From assembly GCA_002633005.1 (NCBI GenBank), contig NMRA01000242.1, forward strand, positions 408,868 to 472,867: a DNA stretch of 64,000 nt, read 5' to 3'. Positions 11,901 through 26,042 of the stretch are shown here, piece after piece (the stretch's first letter is position 1; every line of letters begins with the position of its first letter). The stretch is from Phoronis australis. Lineage: Eukaryota; Animalia; Phoronida. The translations under genes and the position numbers were made by a program. The notes under the pieces were generated by a model. It made no database searches and was not told the origin of the DNA. It worked only from the letters and a program-made list of their open reading frames with translations.

Positions 11901-14619
11901 GCTATAGTTACCATTATATGACCATACAATTGAAGTGGTTAGATTTGACTTGATACTACAATCGTGGTTGAATACAGTTATTTATTAATTCAACATTAAT
12001 AACTGAGACGCGAATGTTTTTGTTGACGGTGTTTAGAACGCTATAGAATGCCCGTCCTGTATTCTGATTTAATCGCAACCGCACCACTTTGCGCCTTTGT
12101 TGAAAAATATAAGCGACACTTATTGACAATTTATGTTCATACAATATGCATATTTTGAAATGTTTCTTTATAATAAGCGTTACTATACGATGTGTGTGAA
12201 AGGCAAACGCCTTAATATCGATGTAGCGTTTTGTCTTTTAATTAAGTAGACCAAGCGCAGAAAAGCCACTGCTTTGCTATTCGTGTTTTATGACAATAAC
12301 GCTGAGACCCTGTACGTGTGTATTTCATCCCAGCAGTCTACTCCAAATGTATAATCATTCGACCTGACCTCGCGTTTGTCTTCACACTGGAAAGACGATT
12401 GACCGCCGGATGATGCGTTGATCTTCTCGAGTTGACTTTAGGAAGCTTGAGTATGAGATTCGCCGGCTAATTCGGACACGGTGCGTCACTCCCAATTCCC
12501 TGACAACATCGGAACAATCATCCATAATTATAAATTGAGCTAAAAGCTAATTATCAGACAAACCCAAGATGTTATATCTTTTAATATACCTGTACTAAAC
12601 TGTGATCTATATTCTATGTTATATTTCATTACCGCCGTTTAAATACAAAACATACTGAAATTACAGCACAAAAAATTAGTTGAACAAATTGCCTAAACGT
12701 AAACAAGTTTTAATGACCTGAATACACCAATTGCGGAGAGTGTTGCGATACTCCCTACAAAGTGTTTAGGACATTATCGTTTTCACGAAAACGCAATTTT
12801 GAGATTACTTCAAATGGATTAGACGTTTTTGAAGTTAGTGGCTTTGGCCAGTCTAGCTTATTGCCTTCACAAGAGCTATAAAACAATAAAATGCGTTTTA
12901 TTTTTGTGGTTATATTACAAATCGCCAGTTCTCGCCGTTGTATGCTAAACATTTCGCTAAAATCAAGGTTGGTCACATTTGAAATACTGTTTCTGACAGC
13001 GAGTGGAAGAAGCTAAGTCAGCAGAGCGTTTGCCTAAGACGCGAGTTTTAGTTTTGATTCCACGCTGGGGCTGCTATCAAGACAAATTTTTTTGATTTTT
13101 CCTTGCAGATAATGTCACTTTAAAATACTTTTTGTAGCCCCTCATTCGCTTGAGATGGAAAGGTCGACAACGCCAAACAGTCGTTCACGGTTATCCACGA
13201 CACCCTTATTTGAAACCCACGAATTATTGTAGTACTCAAATCATCCCGTTTGCGGAAAATTATTTTGGAAAAAGTTACTGAAAAAAATATTCACTGGAAA
13301 ACATAAACGTGTACTTCAGCAAATCCCTGTGCACCCCAGTCCAAGGTGCGCGCTTGTACAATAAAACTGCGCAATTGTTGCAAATAACTCTTTCAAATGT
13401 AACCTTTGCAATTATATTCGTCTGTTACACCTGCCACTGAACAGAGTAATTATACCGAAAACGAGAGCAGATGGTCTCAGTTACACAGGTTCAGGGATCG
13501 TCAATCCTCATGCGCGCACCCTTTGGGCCCAAGGGGCTCGGGGGGCTCGAAGGAGTCCCCTATTTAGCGAAGTGGGCAAAAAGGTCCGCCTCAGAGAGAA
13601 CAAAAAACTCCGAAAAAAGTAGAAAACGAGACAAAAGTCCACTAAAAAGGCAGAAACTACCTAAATTCGGCGAACGCACAATTTATAGCTGTGAACGTAG
13701 CCTGTTTTTTATTTAGTAAAAGGTTCACATTCCTAAAAATTCGAGCCCCCCATTTTCGGCATAATCCTTTAGTAGTTTGAAAAATGCAAAGTCTTGATAA
13801 ACCTCCTACATCAAGAATGACACGTTTTCAATTTAAGGTTATGTAGGACCCTTGAAAATGTCAAACTTCGGAAAAATTTTTGATTGAGACCACATAGCCC
13901 AATAAAGTAGTCTCAAATTGTTTTTTAGTCAAGAGATGCGTGATTTCTGAGCTTGTGAATCACTACCAGGTCGTCATTGCGACCAGACTATATAGAATTT
14001 GGCTTGTCGTTTTATTCGCCTAACAGTTTCAAGACCCGAAATCACTTCTCATCTGAGCAACAAGGAATAAGTTGAGGCCAATTATTGAGTGGTAATTGGG
14101 ATAAATAGAAACTAGATACTTCTACGGAAGATGGGTTTACTGTTGCTTTTATAGATTAATTAATTATAACATATTTGATTAAAAGGTAAATCGCAATGTG
14201 TGTGAAGAACTCACTTAAAATGTCAAAGAAGACTTCCCTCCAAGATTCATTTTAACTTAGTCCACCACCGTGGGCAGCACCCAAAACACATTACATATTG
14301 ACATTATCAGTATTACGGCTCCCTAAAACACAATACACATTGACATTATCAATGTTACATCCCCCAAACACATCACATATTGACATTACCAGTGTTACAG
14401 CCGAAAAACGAATTTTTGTGATTATTGCTGGATGCGATAAATTTCTTGAAATTATTAGTTTTAACCACAACATCCTTTCTTTCCCTTGATGTCCTTACAC
14501 AACAACCTTGATCATTCATGTATTGCGTTAACATGTGAAAATAAAACTGAATCCTTCACATCCATGTCAACTTTAGTTCGTTGCCTTAATTCACGATTCT
14601 TTATGTGTCAATCTATAAC

Positions 14620-14776
14620 CAGTGGCGGATTTAGAAGGGGGCCAAGGGGGCCATGGCCCCCCAAAATTCTCCAAGATTACATTTGGCAGTTCGAGGGTGC
14701 GAATGTCTGACGGACAAAATCCTGGCTAATACTCTTTCCTGGCCCCCCCCAACTCAAAATCCTGTATCCGCCCCTG
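14620..14776 (+). mobile_element. hAT-like MITE with 5-bp TSD (ATAAC)
   Basis: TIRs cagtggcggat...atccgcccctg. ataac lies directly on both sides. Confidence 0.75.
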
Positions 14777-15605
14777 ATAACCACCTTTACTTCATAAAAT
14801 TTTGTTCTAGTAAAACTTGTGGCATTTTTAGGAGCACAAGTAAATATCTTAGTGCTAGGATTTCGAGGAGAAAACGATCTCGAAATATATGGAATCCAAA
14901 GCTAGTCAAATGAATCAAAATATCGATGTAGGAAAATCCCCTAATTTCATAGCCAGCATAAAGTTTTCAAGAGTGGACGGCAGCCAAACCCTGAAAACTG
15001 TGCCGAAATCAAAAGATCTTCCTCTCAATGACATGAAGGTGTCGTAAACTAATAAACTCTGAAATGGAAAAGGAATCCTCTCACGATAGCGAATTTATGA
15101 GATTGAGTTTGTGACAGTAAAAAGCCTAATACTCGTTTTGAGCCATCGAAACAGTGCGAAACGCAGCCTTGACACTGTTACTTTCGATGACAGCCGGCAC
15201 ACATTGTACCGTGAATTTTGTGTGGAAAACTGAATACCAACTATTTAGCCTGAGTAGAGTCTTAAAATTTGTTTTCATTCTCCGAAGTTATATTTCGTAT
15301 CATTTTTGAGCCTCAGCATTTTAAACGGTAGCATGCTCCCCTATCAAAGTTTCTCAGTTACAGGGTTACAGGAAAATTAGCCGCCGAAAGTAACTTTGGC
15401 GTTGTTCTCTGACGTAGCGAGTCGCACAAATTCACGAGTACCCGTTCTTAACCGTACTGAACAAGAACCGTTCTCAAGTCAGTGGCGAAAGAATCTTTTT
15501 TAAAAACTTGTTATGTCACACAGTGAAAGTCGTTTCTGAAAATAACTGCAGTAGTCACTTGTAGAAGTACTTGGTCACCAGTTCGGATTCAATGGCGAAA
15601 TTTAA

Positions 15606-15914
15606 AAGGATACCAAACCAATTTTGGTTTATTAATACAACTTTCCCGTCCAGTTTTCTGAAACGAAATAATTCTCTGTAACCATCGACAACCCTCGAAA
15701 ACTCTTTCAAAGTAAGGTGATAAGCGTGACTTACGCTTGTAGCTAATTACACGGCAATTGTGTGAAAAGACCAGCCACCAAGGACCATAATGTCCAGTTT
15801 GCGAGTTTTTAATTGATTCCTGCTTTTTATCTTTCAAGATTGACGCCAATGACGCATTAGCAGGTGACAGAACGAGGAATGCTTGAAATTACAAAAATGG
15901 GGTTTAGTATCCTT
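15606..15914. mobile_element. TTAA-flanked MITE (Kolobok/piggyBac-type target)
   Basis: ttaa|aaggataccaaacc ... ggtttagtatcctt|ttaa. Confidence 0.6.
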
Positions 15915-16643
15915 TTAAAATCAAAGTGGAATATGTTTCCACATTTAAAAGAACACCTTTGCCGCTTTCAAACTAAATTTTAGAAGTAGCTTAGGGTCTG
16001 GGGAGTCCAACCCGGGTGGCACCGCGAAAGCCAGAGGCCGGTTTGATGCACTCACAAAGGGTGGGCGGCAAGACCTGCCGGCGGCTCAAAGAGAAGAGAA
16101 TCTGAGCTAGGCAGGATGAAGCAATTTAGTACTAAAAGCTGCGGGATAGCGGTATTTTGCGTCACCGTAATGGCGAAAGTATTTTAAAATCCTAATTTCA
16201 TTCATCTGAATGCGATAATGATGTCTTGATTTTACCTCCAGTGTCAGCCAATACAACTTCTTGTCACGTCTGGTAAAATTTGTTGTACTGAAAACTATGA
16301 TTGTAAATTTTTTTCTGCGGATATATGTTGAACTGATTGCAGTCTGTTGAACCTTTGGTACGACACCTGTTACCCACCGCAAGGCCGCATCAAAGCAGTC
16401 CTCCCATGTCAAAGTGACTAAGCACGTGAAAAAGTATACTGATGTCCAATAGAGATTAGACTGGTCATTTCAACATTTGATCAACAACTGCACCAAACCA
16501 GCTATGAATGGGAGTGTGAATGAGTGTATGAAAGTCCTCCCCCTTCCCCGTTTTCCTCCTCCTTTTTAATAATCTCGGTTAATTATCCGCCTAATCACTA
16601 GGAGTTATTTTCCAGATACTTAGGCCTATTTGTTCTGTTCGTA

Positions 16644-16854
16644 CAGAGGCGGATCTACAGCTAGAGAGGGGGAGATCAAAAATAAAAATTGAAAAAAACA
16701 TTCGCCAGAAAAATGAAATCAGCAACTAAAAACGACAAAAAATGTTACACGGGAGGGGGGAAACCTTCTTTCCGCTCGACGCTACGCGCCTCGGATTCAC
16801 TCGAATCTGGCTAACACCCCCCCTCAAGTTACTGAAAACGTAGATCTGCCACTG
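16644..16854. mobile_element. hAT-like MITE with 5-bp TSD (TCGTA)
   Basis: TIRs cagaggcggatctac...gtagatctgccactg. tcgta on both sides. Confidence 0.75.
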
Positions 16855-17015
16855 TCGTATCATGCCGTATTGTCCTCAAATATGTTGAGTAAACCGATAT
16901 ATAGTTGAAGCCACCCAACCCCATCCGTATCTACTCATCACTAATGATATGCTTTCTGGGTAAATAAAACGTATTGAAAAAAAAACTGTGGAAACTCAGG
17001 CTTATACCTCGATCA

Positions 17016-17174
17016 CAGTGCTGTAGTGGGGCGCGGTAGGCGCACGTAGGCGCAGCCAACCACCTTTTGGCATTTGAACGTATCGCCTACGCACGGTAAG
17101 TTTCGTTCATAGCTCAAGGTGATACGGTGGGCTTTGGGCGCCTACTTACCTCTAATTTTACCTCCACAGCACTG
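17016..17174 (+). mobile_element. hAT-like MITE, same family as 40440-40594
   Basis: TIRs cagtgctgt...acagcactg. Reverse-complement match to 40440-40594. TSD not recognisable. Confidence 0.7.
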
Positions 17175-18069
17175 CTTACCTGTCGATGGAATCTGCAGAA
17201 GTCCTCTGCAAGGTGTTCGGGGAATGCATGAGTTCAACGCACACTTCTGTCATTTTTGCCATGGAATTAAATTTTTCAGAAATTCTGAGATAGTTCAGAA
17301 AAAATCTGTCTTATTTTATTATTTTGCAGATATTTTTCGTTCTGTAGTGTTCAACCAAAATTGATATTTTTCCTTATTTCAGTCCATCCATGAGTCACCC
17401 TTCCATTTAGGCCTATGAGGCGGCCTCCTGTCCGAAAGCTAATAGAAAATACCGCCACCTATGGGTGATAAATTAAATGTAGTTCCCAAAATATTCATAC
17501 GCTCAATAATGTATTGAAAAAAATCTATAATATAATACAAGCCTGTATATGTATAAAGCTTCGAGAAGCACAATGTATTGGCAAAAATCGTTATGATAGC
17601 TTTTGACAATGCCAAGTGTTATTGAAGCATTTGATCTCGTTTTGCTGCGCATATGCATGTGAGAAAACATGTTCATCTATTAGTGATGTCTTGTCGAGTT
17701 ATCAAGGAATGGTAAGCTGTCGTTTGTTAGAAATCTTTACACACTGTTACTGGAGACACAATTGTGGAGCCAAATGTGTTTAAACATTTCGTGTGTGAAA
17801 TTGTCTCCAGGTTCTGTTTTACCGGACGATCGACCAACAACACTTTGATCTCCCCATAAATAAGTTTTACCTGCGTTCATGCTCGACTTCCGGTTTACTC
17901 TACCTCTCATGACTTTTTTCACTCGCGACCTGGTGTGGGCCTGTCCGACGGGATTAAATTACTCAGCCGGGGGATCAAACTGAACTGAGTTGAACTGTCT
18001 CAAACATGCAATATGAACTCAAAGTTTAAATTTATTATTTCCGTGTTGCATGAATCTCTCAGGCAACCC

Positions 18070-20242
18070 CTAGCCAGCAAGCTAGATGTAGTCAATGACT
18101 ATCATCAAAATACAGCTAGGTACCACTGTGTGTTTTTCTTCCATAGACCCCGAAATTACACAAAGCCAGGGTAGTTCTGCTCGTCAACTTGCCGTGAAAC
18201 CTGTATCAACATGTAGAGCTAAAGACGGGATGGAGAGCATGCTAAATCTGGGAATCAAACAGCACTCACCTTGCCCATTACAGCCGTTTAAGTGGAAAAC
18301 AATCTAATAAATGTCATTTTCTTGGATAATTCTCCGCCTTTTCTAACAAAGAAAAGTTATGTTGTCGTATTGAAAACAGTACGCTCGTGACATGCGCATG
18401 TGCCATTTCCTATATTTTGCGACATCTCTCGGGAAATGATGATAGCTTGGCAGCAGCAAAATAATTTCTTCTGAAATTCGGTTTTTTGGTATCAAAATTC
18501 TAAAAACTTATAATGAAGTGAAACCAGTTGCGATAATTTGTTGTGATGTGTACGCAACCTCATGAAAGAACAACAGTTGATTGAAGTATTGGCGAAAAAA
18601 GAAACTGATCAATAGGTGACGCAATATTTCATGGCGACGAAAGCCTTCGCAAAAGATTGCTCCACAACTTTAGCAGCAGAATAATGGTAGAACGCCATTG
18701 TTTCCAACACCATTAAATAATTTAGTTTACTTAAGGAAGACTGTAGTTTTTAATGACAATAATTTTGTGTCAGATTTTATCTTACCAGTTTTTTACCCGC
18801 ATTGGTGCAAAGCTGTGTATTTAGTATACAGCTGTCTACCAAGGCTAGGGGACTCTTAACCAAGGCTAAGGGACTCTTAACCAAGGCTAAGGGACTCTTA
18901 ACCAAGGCTAAGGGACTCTTAACCAAGGCTAAGGGACTCTTAACCAAGGCTAAGGGACTCTTAACCAAGGCTAAGGGACTCTTAACCAAGGCTAAGGGAC
19001 TCTTAACCAAGGCTANTTCCCATCGCTTTCTGTACGAATTTCATCCCGTTTATTTTAAACAGGCGGTAGGCCAAATCCAGTCACCGATTAAGAGTTTTCA
19101 CCTCGTCAAAAATACATTACACACTTAAAACTATCTCTTAAAAAAGTGCTTACCTTCTTCAGTGGTCCTTTCTACTTGTACACATATCTTCGATGAAGCT
19201 TAGTTACGAAAATTAAGGTGACTTGGCGAAAAATTCCAGCTCCACTTTTTTGGTAACCGTTAACTTTTTCACCATGCGCACGATAACCACAAAGTATTTC
19301 AACTGAGTCACGTGTAGCATGACTGAATTGTCTCCAGACTTATGGTATGTGTTAATTTTATAACTCTATGTGCATATATGCATGTTTCATTTGATTTTAT
19401 TTCCTGTATTTTGAAATTCGCAACTTTTTGTGGGGATGTACTATCGCCCCTTTATGCCTATGGCATCCAGGGCGATGTAATTGCTTATCTCTACTTTAGC
19501 CTTGATACAAAGCTGTATACTAAATATAAGTAGCGTTGGGCCGATGAGGGTAAAAAATGACCAGATAAAATATCACACAAAATTAGTGTCATTAAAAACT
19601 ATACACTTATTTGAGTAAATAAAACTATTTTCTGGTTTTGGAAAAATTGACGTTCTACCGTTATTATGCTGCTAAAGTTGTGGAGCGATTTTCTGCGTCG
19701 GCTTTCGGCTCCATGAAATATGGCCAGTTTCTTTTTTCGCCAATTCTTCAATCAACTGTTGTTCTTTCGTGAGGTTGCGTACACGTCACAACAAATCATC
19801 GGAACTGGTTTCATTTCATTATAAGTTTTTAAAATTTTGATATCAGCAAACTGAATTTAAGAAGAAATTTTGCTGCTGCCAAGCTACCATCATCTCCCAA
19901 GAGATGTCGCAAAAACTTAGGAAATGGTGCGTGTGTGTGTATTGTTTTCGAAACAACAATGTAACTTTGTTAAAAAAGGCATAGGATTACGCAAGAAAAT
20001 TGACGTTTATTAGATTGTTTTCCACTTAAACGGCTATAACGGGCAAGGTGAGTGTTTGATTCCCAAATTTTGCATGCACCCCGTCCAGTCTCTAGCTCTA
20101 CATGTTGATACAGGTTTCACGGTGAGTTGATGAGCAGAACTACCCTGGATGTGTACATTTTCGGGGTCTATGGAAGAAAAACACACACTGGTACCTAGCT
20201 GTATTTTGACGATAGTCTTCATACTGCTAGCTGGCTGGCTAG
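18070..20242. mobile_element. Foldback-like element / long inverted repeat (~780-bp arms)
   Basis: 18070-~18847 is an imperfect reverse complement of ~19496-20242 (mirrored ORFs 18095+ and 20222-). Part of an arm recurs at ~37880-38210. Confidence 0.8.
18838..19015 (+). repeat. 21-bp minisatellite (accaaggctaagggactctta) x8.5
   Basis: Near-perfect head-to-tail units ending at a single N (19016). Confidence 0.95.
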
Positions 20243-23200
20243 AATTTCTGCTACTTCATTACATCATTCAGACGTCATGCAGCCAGGTTATCATTTCAAC
20301 CAGTAAAAGCGGCGGACGACACCGGGAAGAATGAGTTTGTGATCTATTTTGAAATCAAAATACATCACGTCATACCTGGTCAGCTCGCTAAATGTTGCAA
20401 GTGTAAAAAGTTATTGAGAGACTGGGACGCCAAAAAATCCATAGTGGTTCTTCTGGGTTTTTGAAACGCTGTTCCAGTCAGAGAATCGACCGTTTAATTA
20501 AATTAAGGTCTCTGATGAAACTCGCCAATCATTTAAATCAAAGTTGACTTTCTCAGATGAAAATTGAGGCAATGACGTACGAGTTCATGAGAGTTACAGT
20601 TGTCCCCAGTGGCAGGAGCGTTAGTGAATAAGCTAATCTTTTGGATGTTTTCAGGTTCCAAACACTTCTTTGAGATTTTGGTGTACATACCATTTCGGGC
20701 TCAAGAAACAAGAATTAGTTGTTGGTCAGATCCATAACAGTGTGAAGGGCCGTAAGTGTGACGTGCCATTCGTCTGAAGGCCTGATAGTCCCACGTGAAT
20801 TTTGAAATGCATGCAATAGTCCAAAGTGTTGATAGACCCAAGATATTTCAAAGGGCCAATATTCCGAAATCAAAGACTGGCTCACTTGCCAATTGCAATA
20901 TTCACACCATGCATGCACCCAGCCTAAAATATAGGGGGGGGGCTCAAAATTTTCAGTACCCTTTACTGGAAAAAATTGAGCACTACATTCAGACCTATAA
21001 ATTGTGTAAGCTGTTAACTTTGGAATGACAGTTTCTAAGAAAGAAACGTTCCTAAGATTTTTGAAATGTTTCCATTTCTTATCAGTGAAATTCAATGACA
21101 AATACTCCATAACATTCGAGAAATACTACTTGAAATAAAACCATCATTTACAAAACGAAATTTAACCCATCTTTTCGTTTGCATGTTTGCCAGCTTTTGA
21201 GAAACAGTTTGAAATATCAAATCAAAATAAGGTTTGTCTTAAAATTCAGTGACCAATGTTCTGCAGCAATTGACAAATGCTACCTTATAATAACCAATTT
21301 TTTATCAAAATCAAATTTAACTAATCTAGTTGGTGCATCTTCCATCTTTTGAGAAATGTTTTGAAATGACCTTTCAAAACAGATATTTTCTTGAAATTGT
21401 CTAATTCATAATTTTTCTGGGGAAAAGCAAATTAGATGACATATTTCTGATATACATGTAGGTACACCTTGTATCACCTTATTGCCTGCAGTTTTTCTGC
21501 GACAGCGTACAGTTGACAATTGCAGGGACACATTTCACGAGTTAGCGATTGCTACAAATTAGTTTTGTCCTTGTTTACCATCTCAGTTCTGTGATTGTGA
21601 TTTTTTTCTCTTACCGTATTTCTCCACTTATTTATCAGACCTGATTTTGCATTCCCAAAATTATTTTGAAAAATGATATTTTGTCCCAGAGGCTACCACA
21701 CATAGGTTTGCCCTTGAAAAAATACCAACACAAACACATTCATTATAGTAATACACATCTCTCTAAGTGTTTAAATAAGGTCTGGGCAGTGTATATTCAT
21801 TTCTTAATTGATTTATTTGAACATGGGATATCTCATGCTGTTATGAGGTGAAAGGGGGTGACCTGGAACAGTGTGGTGTAACTCAGAGTAATATGCTCAA
21901 AAGAGAGTTTCACCAACCATAGGGTAAAGTACTCTTACATATTTGCGGGGCTTTTCAGATATTAAAGTTTGAGACCTTGGCAGAAGTTGATGCCATGTGC
22001 ACTTTTACCTTTAAGTAGTTAGCGCAAATTTCAACGGAAGCTATTGTGCTTTTGGCTTAACATATCATTTGTTTTCGTGTGTGCATTTTTCTTTAGCCAA
22101 CTTCCTTTTTGAACACTTGACATTTTACCTGGGCTGCTTTGCTCATACATACCTAAGCCAGTTACAAGTAAAGGTAGTGATATTTCACAAAGATTGGCAT
22201 GAACTCAACCCTATACTCACTTGAAGTCCCTTCGTAGCTTATTAAAGCCAAACATGGTTTACAATGAGTGCCTTCATAATTGCACACTTATTTTCTAATG
22301 CTTTACGGTATTAACAGTTTGATGCATTGGTGATTTGTTTTCTGCACTAGACCAACTGCTTAAAGATGTATTTGCAAACTCCTAACTATGCTAATGTATA
22401 GCAAGAACGTAATGACAATGCTATTTGAACATCATCTGCGCTAAACAAACTGCAATTGTATTCATTGACAACTTGAAATTGTAAAAATAAAAAATTCTAT
22501 AAATGGGTGACTTTTGCACCAATGACGTACCTTGGGGGCCCACAAAGCCCACATCTTGCAGTGTTATTCCCAACACCATATCACTATGTTTATTGGACAG
22601 GATTGAGTGATATACGCTGATCATTTTCGACTCAGAACTTGTTCTTAAAAACTTTGGGCAATTTTCAAAGTACTTCATTTTCACATCATCACTATATGTT
22701 AGGTTTCTAACTAATTTGACCAAGCAGTCACAGAGATAAGAAATTAATGAGCAAGTTCCACTTTTAGACTGGACATTGATAGTGGTTGCCGTAGTGTGGA
22801 CTGAGATATTATCAGAATAGCTTGATAGAATGAACAGACTTTGGACAACACCTTTGTTTTAGTGCTGATGTCCAGCTTGTTAGCCTGTCTTTTGCCATTC
22901 AACTGTGCAACTTTCTTGTGTGATGTGACATGATACTTCTGTTGAGATTTTACTGTTGTATATCTGACTGGCCCTATCATGAAGGGTTGGTGTCCATCCA
23001 AGGTAATTAACTGCATTGATGAGTGACAATCAAAGTTGAAGACCTGTTGTTTGCTACCATTATTCAGTCAATCACTACTGCAAGGTAACTTGAGCTTGTA
23101 GTAATTCAGCTGTCTTGTGACAACCTTGCAAAAGGTGTTCAAATTTAGTTGAGTATTGAGGGCCCTCTTGGAAAGCAGTGCTATCACTGAAGAGGCCACC

Positions 23201-24063
23201 CTCATTTTAAATATCACAATAATGAATAAATAAATAAATAAATAAAAGTAGTAATCAAACTGATGGTTAGTTTCACTGTTGGTTTAAGAGTGTTCAAAAA
23301 AACTTGTAAGCACTCAGATATCTTTTGCAGTATATTAGACGTGTGTAGGACTGGGTGTTTAGGTGCTTAGGTATTTTTTTTGTTAAAATTATTCAAGTTG
23401 AGATTTTAGTATTCCTTGATTTTCTTTTGTGGGTGGTCTGCTCTACTACGGTAGTAGTAGTAAGTAGTGTGTAAATCCCCAGTCTCATATCGGCACCAGA
23501 TGAACATGGATCACATCCAGCACAATCTGGTGTGTGAACCCTTTAGTGATCCCTGTTAGTCCTGAAATATCTTGGAAGGCAGTTAATTTTTGCTGGTGCC
23601 TTATGGAACAGTGGAGAGTCTTGGATCAGTTGATGGGTGCTGTGTGCCATGACTGTTATTTTCTCAGTTGATACCCTGTTATAGCTTGGCATGGCATACT
23701 TGATACCTTGCTGTTAGCGCAGTTGTGTGGTTTGGAACTGTCAGTGAACTCGTCTCACTGCTATTGTCCTCCAATTTTCAATAAGTTTTTGGATGGTTTA
23801 AATGAACAGTTCAACTAGGTGTGTGGTGAACTAGTTGTAAACCCAGCTTTCCCTGGTCTATTTGTAGGGCTTACAAAGCAGTATTGACTGTATTTACTGT
23901 GGTTATTTGGAAGTTCAATTAATTCTTGTAAAGCTTTGAACTGGGGTTGCGTCCTTTTGTGAAGTATAGGTTAAAACCTTTGAGGCAGAAAAAAATCAAC
24001 TGAAATTAGCTTATAGTAATTTCGTTACAGAATGCTTTTTTATTTATTGTCTTTCATTTTCAG

Positions 24064-24080
24064 AAGATGTCCTTTGACAG
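24064..24080 (+). other. Candidate 17-nt 5' micro-exon of NIPA2
   Basis: Strong acceptor ttgtctttcattttcag| and donor gacag|gtacat. No transcript evidence. Confidence 0.25.
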
Positions 24081-25654
24081 GTACATAGTTCTGGGGTTGT
24101 CTGTCAAACTTGTGTTCTTTGGAGATGGTTCAAGGTGTTTGGTGGATAGACCTGCTCTCTGTCAGTAACACGGGAACTACCAGCGGCGAACATGCCCCCA
24201 CTTATTATGTGTTTGGGACCTTATATTCTTAATCTACTGTATTTACAACCCATGTTTCCCTTCATGGCGTGGTACCCATATCTCAAACCAATTATCTATG
24301 ATTTTTTCTGGACTTTCTGCTTGTGTTATTTGGTGAGCAATATCCGAGTATGACAATTCTGATTTTGTGAATGAGTTAAAACCAAAATTGCCATTTTTCT
24401 CTGCCAATGGCTGACCTTGCGAAAATAAGCAAAAAAATTCCTTACATGCTGCGAAGTACAAAGTAGATAAATGAGGAATACCTTTTGAAAAGTTTGACAA
24501 AATAATGGCCGTGTGAAGTTAGTAACAGTGGTTACAGAATTGTTTAAATCTGCATTTTGCCCCGTTTAACTGGCATTGGCGACTCAAGAAGGTGCCTCAG
24601 AGTTAAATTGGAGTTGACTAACCAGAGTGCAATTGCTACATTTGTTGGTTAGAGTGCACGGATTAAACTTTTCAACTTAATTCCATTCTATGCTTTTTTC
24701 CACAAATTTTCTATCTACAGTATTGTATTTTCTAGATACAGTATTGTATTTTCTAGATACAAAAATGAAGGGTCAAGGGTAAAAATTCTTCAGTGTGGGA
24801 CACAATGTGGTGGACAGGTGAAATTTCATTTTGTCAAATTTCGCAACAAAAATATCATTTCAGAATAATTTACATTGCTTTTAGCATGGCGTAGCTATTA
24901 CCAAACAACATTTGGTAAACTTTTGAGCATTTTGCAACGATGTGGACAGCCTCTTAGTCTGAAAAATAGAGTATGGCAAGTTTAGCAATGTAGAATTTTT
25001 ACGGTATACTATTATTCCCGTCTACTATTAATAGAAATCGTGAAAATTTCCAGTCTACACTATTGTTATATTACGTGACTTCGGGCTTGACAGTCCATTG
25101 AAGTCATTCCAAGCCAATTGCCAAGTGGCAGTTGCCTCTTGGACAAACAGTTTGGATGCTCGGCTCTCGTGGGGTAATATGGGTGTTGGCAGATTCTATA
25201 ACACTTATTATTACTGTCTCTACAACTCGTGAGATTAACTTTGGTTCTTCCCTTATGTAAAACGTAACACACTATTTTTTCTAGGACTACACCACAGAAT
25301 ACAAGTCTTCTTGAGCTCTTTTCATCACTTTTAGAACAGACCTTTAGCAGAGCTTGTAAACATTTTATCAACAATCACTGCATTCATCCACAAGTGTTAG
25401 TTGATGAACCTGGGTAAATAATGACAAGATAAATACAGGCTGTGTATCTAGTAATCCTTGATACCACTATAATTTCTCAGTCACAGACTGTGCAATGTAT
25501 TCATAAACATGCAGTCCATTCACAGTGGTATGTACAGGCATGCATTTGAAACACTCTGAGACTTGCAAAAGGTAAATGTAAAGTTTATTGAATACAAGGT
25601 CAATGACACATTGTTCAATTTTACAAAATAATACCTTACTTGTCCAGGGTTAGC

Positions 25655-26042
25655 AACCAGGGCTCTTAAATTGGGAAACTTAAAAATCAGGGGTGGGTGT
25701 TAAGCCGAGCATGGGCGCTTAAAAGCAAAATTTTCGAGAATTTGGGGCTGGGTGCTCTCCTGAACGGTTGATCATGTTAACGCTCAGGTAGCTAAAGTTA
25801 TGTCTGACTTAACATCAGCGGAATGTAGACAATGTAGTAATGTGCTTAACGTCCAAAATCTAGTGATCGCGCTTTGGGAGCTAAAATTCGCGCGAGATGG
25901 GTGTTCACAAAGACACGGGCTCTTTCAAGGAAGTCTTTATCGGATAAATTGGGGGTGGGTGTTAAGCCAAGCATGGGCGTTAAAATGTGAAAGTTTGGAA
26001 ATTTCAGGGGTGGACCATTAGCCGAACATGGACGCTAACCCA
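25655..26042. repeat. Fragment related to the subterminal repeats of 30231-32036
   Basis: Repeated gggtgggtgttaagccgagcatgggcgcttaa motif. Confidence 0.55.

Noticed and set aside
16014-16026. gggtggcaccgcg resembling a bacterial T-box
   Set aside because: No stem I, terminator or downstream bacterial gene. Probably a chance 13-mer in animal DNA.
18838-19015. Regular 21-bp repeats as a CRISPR array or repeat protein (ORFs 18777, 18802)
   Set aside because: Head-to-tail units with no spacers, no cas genes and a eukaryotic context. The ORFs arise from the stop-free 21-bp period.
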